DNA of 32,766 nt from Alphaproteobacteria bacterium (GTDB taxonomy: Bacteria > Pseudomonadota > Alphaproteobacteria > UBA8366). The notes below the pieces were generated by a model. The model ran no database searches. It saw only the letters and a list, made by a program, of their open reading frames with translations, and was not told the origin of the DNA. The DNA lies in the NCBI GenBank assembly GCA_050250795.1, contig JBFWNZ010000002.1, positions 1 through 32,766 of the forward strand. The letters run 5' to 3'. Both the position numbers and the translations under genes were made by a program. Each line of letters begins with the position of its first letter. The first letter of the stretch is position 1. Shown piece after piece: positions 17,456-25,155 of the stretch.

Positions 17456-17878
17456 ATGGCGCGAGACCCTGCGTCCCCAGATGAACGCATCGCCCAGCGG
17501 TGTCGTATCCTCGTGGTCGAAGACGACCTGCTCGTGGCGGATTTGGTCGCCGATATGCTGGAAGAACTCGATTACATCCCGGTCGGGCCGGCCCCGAGTC
17601 TGGAACGCGCGTACGAGCTGTTGGAGCACGAAGCTCTCGACGGCGCCATTCTCGACTTGAACCTGAACGGCGTGCCTGTCTTTCCCTTGGCGGAACGCTG
17701 CCTTGCATTGAACATACCCGTGGTCCTCGCCACCGGATATGCCGACAAGTCGATCATGCCGGAAAGCTGTCGCGATCTCCCGAGCCTGGAAAAGCCTTTC
17801 CATTTCGAGACCTTGAGAGCGACCCTCCAAACCGCGCTGCTACAGTCGTCGCGAACAGGCTGCACCGTTCCGGAGTGA
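17456..17878 (+). CDS. Single-domain response regulator receiver protein
   Basis: 140 aa: RILVVEDDLLVADLV...GAILDLNLNGV...VVLATGY...LEKPF. Confidence 0.85.
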   Translation: MARDPASPDERIAQRCRILVVEDDLLVADLVADMLEELDYIPVGPAPSLERAYELLEHEALDGAILDLNLNGVPVFPLAERCLALNIPVVLATGYADKSIMPESCRDLPSLEKPFHFETLRATLQTALLQSSRTGCTVPE

Positions 17879-17944
17879 CGGCTCTCCGCCAGGATCGACC
17901 GGACTCCTCGCCGCCGCAGAATGCCGTCGAAGCGCCCGAGCATG

Positions 17945-17970
17945 GGAACTCTGGCATGGGGCGAGAGTTT
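17945..17970 (+). promoter_or_regulatory. Candidate ECF (EcfG-like) promoter upstream of the DUF3008 gene; imperfect -10
   Basis: GGAAC (17945-17949) is followed after 16 nt by AGTT, or after 17 nt by GTTT (17967-17970). The motif ends about 44 nt upstream of the ATG at 18014. Confidence 0.3.
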
Positions 17971-18013
17971 GGGTGGGGCATTGCGGCAATTCCATTCGGA
18001 AGGAGGGACGGCC

Positions 18014-18199
18014 ATGCCCGCGAAATCGAAGGCACAGCAGATGGCGGCAGGTGCGGCTTTGGCCGCAAAGGAAGGTCGGAGGAAGAAATCCGATCTGCGG
18101 GGCGCTTCGAAGGACATGTACGAATCGATGAGCAGGCAGCAGCTCGATGAGCTTGCGTCGACCCCGCGTAAGAACCTTCCGCGCCGCAAATCGGATTAG
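18014..18199 (+). CDS. Small Lys/Ala-rich DUF3008-like protein
   Basis: 61 aa from the ATG at 18014, preceded by RBS GGAAGGAGGG. MPAKSKAQQMAAGAALAAKEG...LRGASKDMYESMSRQQLDELAST matches my memory of the DUF3008 pattern. The 31 extra N-terminal codons in the ORF track lack an RBS. Confidence 0.72.
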   Translation: MPAKSKAQQMAAGAALAAKEGRRKKSDLRGASKDMYESMSRQQLDELASTPRKNLPRRKSD

Positions 18200-19104
18200 G
18201 ACACGCCTTGGCGGATGCGCGCGACGACCCATTCGCGGAATGCAGAGAGCGCCGGCTCGGCACGACGGGACGGCTCGCAGACGAAATAATAGGCGCCCGG
18301 TGTGCTGAGCGGCTCCGGGAAGGGAATGACCAGCCGTCCCGCGCGCAGATCGTCGGCAACCAGGACTTCATCGGCCAGGGCCACGCCCAGACGCTCGACG
18401 GCCGCTTGGGTCGCGAAATGCCGCGTCTCGAAGGTCAGATTCCCAGCCGGAACAAGGTCCGGCAGACCGGCTTGTGCCAGCCAGAGGGCCCAATCGTCGG
18501 GGCGTACACGCGCATGCAGCAATCGGTAGGAAGCTAAGTCGGCAGCCGTCGCCAGAGGTTTGTCGAGCGTCTCCAATCCAGGTGCGCATACAGGCACCAA
18601 ACGCTCGGCATACAGCCGGACCGCTTCCAGCCCAGGCCAGTCGCCCTCACCGAAACGAAAAGCGCAGTCGATATCGTCACGCGCGAAATCGGCATGCCAG
18701 TCGGTCGTTGCGATCCGGACCTCCACATCGGGGTTCGCCGCGTAGAATTCGTGCAGATGCGGCAGCAGCCAGCGCATCGCGATGCTGGGAAACACGCTGA
18801 CCGTAATGCGACGGTGACGGTGCCTGTCGCGAAATGCAGCAAGGGTTCCGGCAATCCGGTCGAAGCCATCCGTGAGGCCAGGCAACAAGCCTTGCCCATC
18901 GGGCGTCAGTTCGATTCCACGATTGGTCCGCCGGAACAGCGCCGTCCCAAGCCATGCCTCCAGCTGACGCACCTGATGGCTGATCGCCGAGGGCGTCACG
19001 CACAATTCATCGGCGGCCGTGATGAAGCTGCCATGGCGCGCCGCCGTCTCGAACGCTTTCAACGCGCGCAATGACGGCAACCGATCCGCCGGCCCCTGCG
19101 TCAT
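18196..19104 (-). CDS. LysR-family (GcvA-like) transcriptional regulator
   Basis: 302 aa from the ATG at 19104, with RBS GGAGGAAC. HTH: LPSLRALKAFETAARHGSFITAADELCVTPSAISHQVRQLE. The ORF-track extension to 19551 runs through the upstream gene in another frame. Confidence 0.92.
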   Translation of the reverse strand: MTQGPADRLPSLRALKAFETAARHGSFITAADELCVTPSAISHQVRQLEAWLGTALFRRTNRGIELTPDGQGLLPGLTDGFDRIAGTLAAFRDRHRHRRITVSVFPSIAMRWLLPHLHEFYAANPDVEVRIATTDWHADFARDDIDCAFRFGEGDWPGLEAVRLYAERLVPVCAPGLETLDKPLATAADLASYRLLHARVRPDDWALWLAQAGLPDLVPAGNLTFETRHFATQAAVERLGVALADEVLVADDLRAGRLVIPFPEPLSTPGAYYFVCEPSRRAEPALSAFREWVVARIRQGVS

Positions 19105-19151
19105 TCCCGTTCCTCCAGCCGCTGCGGGCTGGATTGTAGCGCATCGGGCGA

Positions 19152-19805
19152 TCAGGCGCGGCCGGTTCCCACATAGCCCTCCAGGCTGCCGACCAGGGCG
19201 CCACGGCGGATCGGCATGCTGTGCGGCGGAAACTCCTGGACGATCTCGACCCCTTCGTCGCGCAATCGATGCAGCAAACTGTCGAGATGCCGCATCGCGT
19301 CGTTCTCGGTATCGCGAACGGCCAGGACGGTCCACGGCTTCCGCGCCGCCTCGGTCATCACCATGTCGACCCAGCTGTCGCGATTCTTCCATTCCTTCGG
19401 CGACAGATCCCACAGGACGCAGGTGAAGCCGCGCCCCATCAGATGCTCCACAGCCCGTCCATTCAGCAGGCGCGTGTCGGTGATCCCGCCGGCGCCGAAG
19501 GGCCGGTACATCGGTTCCGGGCAACCGAGATCCCCGATCGCCGCCGCGCACAGGTCGATCTCCGGAACCGCGTCCTCAGGGTTCTCCATCCATCCCATCG
19601 GCGTCTCGTGGGCATAGGAATGACCGCCGAGCCAGTGCTCTTCGGCGACAGCGCGTTCCGCCGCACGCCTTGCCTCCGGCTGCTCGATCTTGCGGCCGAT
19701 CACAAAGAAACTGGATTTCACGCCATGCCGGGCGAGCACGTCCAGCACATGGTTGGTTGCAACCGGGTCCGGACCGTCGTCGAAGCTGAGCGTCATGCGG
19801 GTCAT
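19152..19805 (-). CDS. Polysaccharide deacetylase (NodB-homology, CE4) family protein
   Basis: 217 aa with motif 1 LSFDDGP and motif 2 HSYAH. An ATGA overlap couples it to the nitrilase stop. Confidence 0.87.
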   Translation of the reverse strand: MTRMTLSFDDGPDPVATNHVLDVLARHGVKSSFFVIGRKIEQPEARRAAERAVAEEHWLGGHSYAHETPMGWMENPEDAVPEIDLCAAAIGDLGCPEPMYRPFGAGGITDTRLLNGRAVEHLMGRGFTCVLWDLSPKEWKNRDSWVDMVMTEAARKPWTVLAVRDTENDAMRHLDSLLHRLRDEGVEIVQEFPPHSMPIRRGALVGSLEGYVGTGRA

Positions 19806-20773
19806 GGAACGGAACCTTCCTTTTCGTCATGTCTGTTGGCGTCCTCATCCCCTTCGAGGACTAGAGGACGCTGCGCCCGACGGTTCAGATGCAGGCGAAC
19901 CACATCCGGGCGCGCATAGTGGCCGGCGGAATCGACGAGTTGCTTCCAGTCGCCGATGGCGGCTGGATCGATCTCCGCATAGATCAATGTTTCCGCATCG
20001 GGTTCGGCGCGGGCCAGATAGCGCCCGCCCGGCGCCACGATGGCAGAACAGCCGCCGCCCGGACGAAGCCGGTGCACGCTGCCGCCCTCGCCCAGAGCCG
20101 CGATGATCTCCGGCGTCAGTATGGCCGTGGCGCTGACGACGAAGCACTGACCTTCAAAGGCATAATGCCGGACTGCCGCATCGACGATCTCGTCGATCCA
20201 GGGCATCCCGCCCGGCCAGTTGGCGACATGCAGTTCCTCACCCTGGGCCTGAACCGCATAACGGAACAGGGCATTGCCGTGCTCGTAGCAGATCAGCCCG
20301 CCCAGCGTTCCGAGCGGCGTCCGGAAGACGGCTAGGTCCGATCCGTCGCCACGCCCCCAGGTCATGCGCTCGTGATGCGTCGGCACCAGCTTGCGGTGCC
20401 GGCCGAGGATGTCGCCGCCTTCGCCGATGAATAGCTGGGTATTGTACAGCGTGCCGCCATCGCGTTCGTTGATGCCGACCGCGACGTGACATTTCGCGCC
20501 GCGCGCCGCCTTGCACAAGGCCTGGACCGCCGGCCCCGGCACCGTGACGGCCTGTTCGTAAAGCGGGCGGAAGAAGCGGTTCCGGCTGCCCAGCGGATCG
20601 TGGACCAAGGTCCAGTAGGGATAGCCGGGAATAAATGTTTCCGGGAAAACGATCAGCCGCGACCCGGCTTGCCCCGCCTCGCGGATCGCGTCGCATGCCT
20701 TCTGCACCGTCGCATCGCGATCGAGAAAGACCGGGGCGAGTTGCGCGGCCGCCGCGATGTATCGTTCCCGCAT
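19802..20773 (-). CDS. Nitrilase / carbon-nitrogen hydrolase family protein
   Basis: 323 aa. The Glu-Lys-Cys triad contexts are IVFPETFIPGYPYW, HRKLVPT and GGLICYEH. Confidence 0.9.
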   Translation of the reverse strand: MRERYIAAAAQLAPVFLDRDATVQKACDAIREAGQAGSRLIVFPETFIPGYPYWTLVHDPLGSRNRFFRPLYEQAVTVPGPAVQALCKAARGAKCHVAVGINERDGGTLYNTQLFIGEGGDILGRHRKLVPTHHERMTWGRGDGSDLAVFRTPLGTLGGLICYEHGNALFRYAVQAQGEELHVANWPGGMPWIDEIVDAAVRHYAFEGQCFVVSATAILTPEIIAALGEGGSVHRLRPGGGCSAIVAPGGRYLARAEPDAETLIYAEIDPAAIGDWKQLVDSAGHYARPDVVRLHLNRRAQRPLVLEGDEDANRHDEKEGSVP

Positions 20774-21012
20774 GGCTGTTCCGTCATTGGCTGAAAGTCG
20801 ACTCAGGCTCGCCGATCCGTCGACCTGCCGGCAACCGGGAATTTCTCGGCTCGTCGCGAGGAAAATTCAGCTCGGAACCATATCCACAAAGGTTTCGGAA
20901 TGAGAGAATTTCACCGCAGAAGGAGAACTTCTCGCTTCGCGCGCCCTGAACGGCACTTTACCGTCGAAGGTGGCTACATGCGGCAGCAAACCGCCGCTAT
21001 AGGGAGGACGTC

Positions 21013-21567
21013 ATGTCGCGCTTCTATGATTGCATCGACGAGAAGTTCCGCCGCTTCATCGACGAGCAGCACATGTTCTTTGTCGCGACCGCGCCGTCGG
21101 AAGGGCGGGTCAACTTGTCGCCGAAGGGTCTCGACACCTTCCGCGTCATCGACGACCGCACGGTCGCCTATCTCGACCTGACCGGAAGCGGCAACGAGAC
21201 GGCGGCACATGTCCTGGAGAACGGCCGCATCACCTTCATGTTCGTCAGCTTCACGCGGAACGCGATGATCCTGCGTCTGTATGGCAAGGCGAGAGCGGTT
21301 CAGCCGTCCGATGCGGAATGGGGAGAGCAAGCGGCCCAGTTCCCGCGCATTCCAGGCATGCGGCAGATATTCGTGGCCGACATCGATTCGATTCAGACCT
21401 CCTGCGGCTACGGCGTGCCGGAATACGAGCACAGCAAGGAACGCACGACGCTTCAGAAATTCGCCATCGCCAAACAGGCCGACGGCATGCGGCAATACTG
21501 GGAAGACAACAACCTGACCAGTATCGACGGCCTGCCGACTGGTCTCGAGCTCGGTGAACGCCCGTGA
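21013..21567 (+). CDS. Pyridoxamine 5'-phosphate oxidase-like FMN-binding protein
   Basis: 184 aa with RBS AGGGAGGA. HMFFVATAPSEGRVNLSPKG...AYLDLTGSGNET is typical of the PNPOx-like split-barrel family. Confidence 0.8.
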   Translation: MSRFYDCIDEKFRRFIDEQHMFFVATAPSEGRVNLSPKGLDTFRVIDDRTVAYLDLTGSGNETAAHVLENGRITFMFVSFTRNAMILRLYGKARAVQPSDAEWGEQAAQFPRIPGMRQIFVADIDSIQTSCGYGVPEYEHSKERTTLQKFAIAKQADGMRQYWEDNNLTSIDGLPTGLELGERP

Positions 21568-22226
21568 CCGACCGGACCATTCTCGACGGCTTCCGGTCGC
21601 TCTCCATCGCCGCCGTCGCCGACGCGCTGGACGAAGTGACCGGCGAGCGGTGCTTCATGGATTCCTGCATCGCACCGCGCATCCGCAGCGGGCGCATTCT
21701 CGGACCGGCAGCCACCGTCATGACCGCGCCCACCGGCGAGCGGGCGGTCCACGCTGCCACGATGAAGGTCATCGACGAAGCGCCGCCGGGCAGCGTGATG
21801 GTTTTGGGAGTGGAGGACGAGCGCAACGCCGCGATCTGGGATTCGGTCTGGAGTGCCGCCGCAGCTGCGCGCGGACTGGCCGGTGCCGTCACCGACGGCG
21901 CCGTGCGCGATCTTGCCCGTATCCGCGCGATGGACGGCTTCGAGGTCTTCGCGGCCGCCGTCACGCCGGGAGCCGGCTTCGGGCGCATCAAGAGCCTGGT
22001 CGGAAATGCGGAGATCGAGTGCGGGGGGCTGATCGTCCGCCCGGGCGACCTGATCCTGGGCGACATCGACGGCGTGCTGGCCATCCCGCAGGACAAGGCG
22101 GCGGCGGTCCTCGCCGCGGCTCAGGAGATCGAACGGCAGATCGACGATCTCGTTTCGACCGCCGCGGCATCCGGCTCGACGAGAGAAGCGATGCAGCGAC
22201 ACTGGCCCCGGCGCGGCGGCCATTGA
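21564..22226 (+). CDS. RraA family protein (4-hydroxy-4-methyl-2-oxoglutarate aldolase / RNase E regulator-like)
   Basis: 220 aa with a GTGA start/stop overlap with the preceding gene. Motifs: AAVADALD, GAVTDGAVRD, GDIDGVLAIP. Confidence 0.85.
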   Translation: MTDRTILDGFRSLSIAAVADALDEVTGERCFMDSCIAPRIRSGRILGPAATVMTAPTGERAVHAATMKVIDEAPPGSVMVLGVEDERNAAIWDSVWSAAAAARGLAGAVTDGAVRDLARIRAMDGFEVFAAAVTPGAGFGRIKSLVGNAEIECGGLIVRPGDLILGDIDGVLAIPQDKAAAVLAAAQEIERQIDDLVSTAAASGSTREAMQRHWPRRGGH

Positions 22227-22230
22227 ACCG

Positions 22231-23781
22231 TCAGGGCTGCTGTTCGTGCTCCGCCAGCTTCTTCCCGTCAGCGTCCACCTCGCGCAGGATCACGCGATAG
22301 CCCCATAACGCACTGAGATGCCGTAACACGCGGCGCGCTTCCAGTGCGTCCAGCATGTGGCCCTCATGGACCATGTGCTGAACAAGCAGGCAGCGATCGC
22401 TGTCCAGCGCCGCATCCACCACCTCGATACGCGGGGAATTCACCGCTGGGTCGTAGTAGGAGGCTAGCGCCCGACGCACCCGCATGTATCCGCGCTCGTT
22501 ATGGATCGCATCGACCAGAATGCCGCTGTCCTCACGGGCATCCGCGATCTTGAACAGCCGCATGCTGCGCATCAGGCTCGGCGAGAGGTACTGGAGGATG
22601 AAACTCTCATCCCGGAAATCCGCCCAGGCGCGCCGCAGCGTCTCGATGGGCCGCCCATTGCCGGCGAAATCCGGAAACCACTCCCTGTCCTCCTGCGTCG
22701 GTTCGGTGCAGATGCGGGCGATGTCCCGCATCATGCCGAAGCCCAATGCATAAGGATTGATCCCCGAGAAACGCCGGTCGTTGAACGCCGGCTGGGAGAT
22801 CACGCTGGAATGCAGATGCAGGAACTCCAGCATCTGCCCCTCGCTGAGCCGGCCGCGCTCGTGCAGCCGACTCATGATCTCGTAGTGGCACCAGCAGGCA
22901 CAGCCCTCGTTCATCATTTTGGTCTGCTTCTGCGGCTCGAAATATGTAGCGATGGTCCGCACGATGCGGATCAGTTCGCGCTCCCAACCGGCCAGCTTCG
23001 GTGCATGCTTCTCCAGGAAATACAGAAGATTTTCTTCGGGCAGACCCAACGCGCTGTGCTTGAGCATCTCCTCGGGCCGCACGTCGCCGCCCGCCTCGCT
23101 CGGCCGGGGCACGGTGCGCCAGAGGTCGTTATAGGACTGGCGCTCCGCCTCCATGCGCTGCTGCGCGCGGGCGCGCTCTATCTCGATCTGGGGGCGGCTG
23201 CGGCGCCCGTACCGGTCGATGCCATGGTCGGACAGCGCATGCGCCGCGTCGAGCACCCGTTCGACCGCCTTGAAGCCGTGCCGCTCCTCGCACTCGGCGA
23301 CGAAGCGCTTGGCGAAAGCCAGATAATCGAGGATCGCGCCGGCATCCGACCACTGCCGGAAGACCTGGTTGTTCTTGAAGAAATGGTTGTGTCCCATGGC
23401 CGCATGGGCGAGCACCGTCGCCTGCATGGTCATGGTGTTCTCTTCCATGATGTAGCAGAGGCTGGGATCGGAATTGATCACGATCTCCAGCGCGAGACCG
23501 CTGAGCCCCTTGCGATATGAGGCCTCATGCTGGGCGAAGCGCTTGCCGAAGGACCAGTGCCTGTACATCAGCGGCACGCCCACCGAGGCATAGGCATCGA
23601 GCATCTGCTCGGCCGTGATGACCTCGATCTGGGTGCGGTAGATGTCGAGGCCCAATTCCCCAAGCGCGATCTCCTCGATCGCGTCGTAGGTGCGCTGGAT
23701 CAGGTCGAAGGTCCAGTCGGGCCCCTCGAACAACAGCCCCTTGTCCGATGCGATGGCCGGGGCGGCAGTGGGGGCGGTCAC
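22231..23781 (-). CDS. ycgB: SpoVR/YcgB family protein
   Basis: 516 aa with a GTGA overlap with yeaH. The MNEGCACWCHYEIM motif is the counterpart of NEGWA..WH. It is the third member of the conserved prkA-yeaH-ycgB triad. Confidence 0.92.
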   Translation of the reverse strand: MTAPTAAPAIASDKGLLFEGPDWTFDLIQRTYDAIEEIALGELGLDIYRTQIEVITAEQMLDAYASVGVPLMYRHWSFGKRFAQHEASYRKGLSGLALEIVINSDPSLCYIMEENTMTMQATVLAHAAMGHNHFFKNNQVFRQWSDAGAILDYLAFAKRFVAECEERHGFKAVERVLDAAHALSDHGIDRYGRRSRPQIEIERARAQQRMEAERQSYNDLWRTVPRPSEAGGDVRPEEMLKHSALGLPEENLLYFLEKHAPKLAGWERELIRIVRTIATYFEPQKQTKMMNEGCACWCHYEIMSRLHERGRLSEGQMLEFLHLHSSVISQPAFNDRRFSGINPYALGFGMMRDIARICTEPTQEDREWFPDFAGNGRPIETLRRAWADFRDESFILQYLSPSLMRSMRLFKIADAREDSGILVDAIHNERGYMRVRRALASYYDPAVNSPRIEVVDAALDSDRCLLVQHMVHEGHMLDALEARRVLRHLSALWGYRVILREVDADGKKLAEHEQQP

Positions 23782-25103
23782 GGAGCGGCTCCTTCACGGC
23801 TGAAGAGACCCCGAAAGACCGGATAGATGTCGCGCGGATGCGAAATCCGCCGGACCGCGAAGTTCGCCTGCGTTTCCGCCACCGGCGCGTAACCGGTCCA
23901 CAACTCCGTCTCGCTCACGCCCATCAGTTCGCCGGGGATGCCGCTGCCGCCGCCGACCTCGACATAAGCCGCGTACTGGCACAGCGGCAGAACCTGCTCA
24001 CGCAGCAGCCGCGCGCAATGCGGCACGTCGCTGGGCAGGTCGTCGCCATCCGAAGCCTGCGCCAGATAGATGTTCCATTCGCTGACCGGGTAACGGTCAT
24101 GGACGATCTTCAGCATCTCCTCCAGGGCCGTGGATACCACCGTGCCGCCGGTTTCCCGCCCATAGAAGAAGGTCTCCTCGTCCACCTCGGCCGCTTCGCT
24201 CGTGTGCCGGATGAAGACCAGATCCACGCCGTCATAGTGCCGGTCGAGAAAGAGGTGCAGAAGCAGGAAGAAGCGCTTCGCCAGATCCTTGCGCGCCTCA
24301 TCCATCGAGGCCGAGACATCCATCAGGCAGAACATCACGGCCTGCGCAATCGGCTTGGGCACCCGCTCGTACCGGCGGAACCGCAGATCGATGGGATCGA
24401 TATAGGGGATGCGTTTGCGCTTGCGGTCCGCCCGCGCCAACATCGTCTCAAGTTCGGCGATCCGGCTCTCGCGACTGCTGCCGTCCGACGGCACGATCTC
24501 GCCCTTCCGCAGCCGGTCCAATTCCCCCTGGATCGCTTCGACCGCGGCAAGACCGGGCCGGCCCAACGCCGTTCGCCGTCCCTGTGAGCGGCGAAGCGTC
24601 TGGACGACGTTCAACCGGCTCTGCGGACCCGTGGTGGAGAACCCTGCCCGCTGCGGCTGCGGACTTTTCTCCGCCTTGATCTGCTGCTTGATCAAGTCGG
24701 GCAGTTCCAGATCCTCGAAGAACAGATCGAGGAACTCGTCGCGCGACAGGGCAAATCGGAAATCGTCTTCGCCCTTGCCGTCGGCTCCGGCCTCGCCCGA
24801 CCCTTTCCCATCTCCCTGGCCGTCGCCGCCGGACCGCGGAATCCGGTCGCCTTCGCTGAAGCGTTCGTTTCCGGGCAACACCCGCGTCCACCGGCCGGTC
24901 GACGGATCGTGCAGGAAGCGCGGTTCATGGATGCCGTCCGGCGAGATGGAGACATCCTCGCCGGAGGTCACGTCGGAAACGCTGCGCTTGCGCAGGCTGT
25001 CCGCTATGGACTCTCGAATCTGGTCGCGCGCCCGCTGAATGAAGCGTCGCCTGTTTCCCAGGCTGCGGCCCTTGGGGTTCAGGCGCCTGTCGATGATGTT
25101 CAT
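23778..25103 (-). CDS. yeaH: YeaH/YhbH family (DUF444) protein with a vWA-like MIDAS motif
   Basis: 441 aa from the ATG at 25103 (MNIIDRRLNPKG...). MFCLMDVSASM contains DxSxS. There is an acidic Gly-rich low-complexity insert. The ORF-track extension to 25223 is rejected. Confidence 0.92.
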   Translation of the reverse strand: MNIIDRRLNPKGRSLGNRRRFIQRARDQIRESIADSLRKRSVSDVTSGEDVSISPDGIHEPRFLHDPSTGRWTRVLPGNERFSEGDRIPRSGGDGQGDGKGSGEAGADGKGEDDFRFALSRDEFLDLFFEDLELPDLIKQQIKAEKSPQPQRAGFSTTGPQSRLNVVQTLRRSQGRRTALGRPGLAAVEAIQGELDRLRKGEIVPSDGSSRESRIAELETMLARADRKRKRIPYIDPIDLRFRRYERVPKPIAQAVMFCLMDVSASMDEARKDLAKRFFLLLHLFLDRHYDGVDLVFIRHTSEAAEVDEETFFYGRETGGTVVSTALEEMLKIVHDRYPVSEWNIYLAQASDGDDLPSDVPHCARLLREQVLPLCQYAAYVEVGGGSGIPGELMGVSETELWTGYAPVAETQANFAVRRISHPRDIYPVFRGLFSREGAAP

Positions 25104-25155
25104 GTCGTGCCGTCCAGATCTGCTGCGGGGAAAAGGCGGCGGGAGGGCCCCACCG

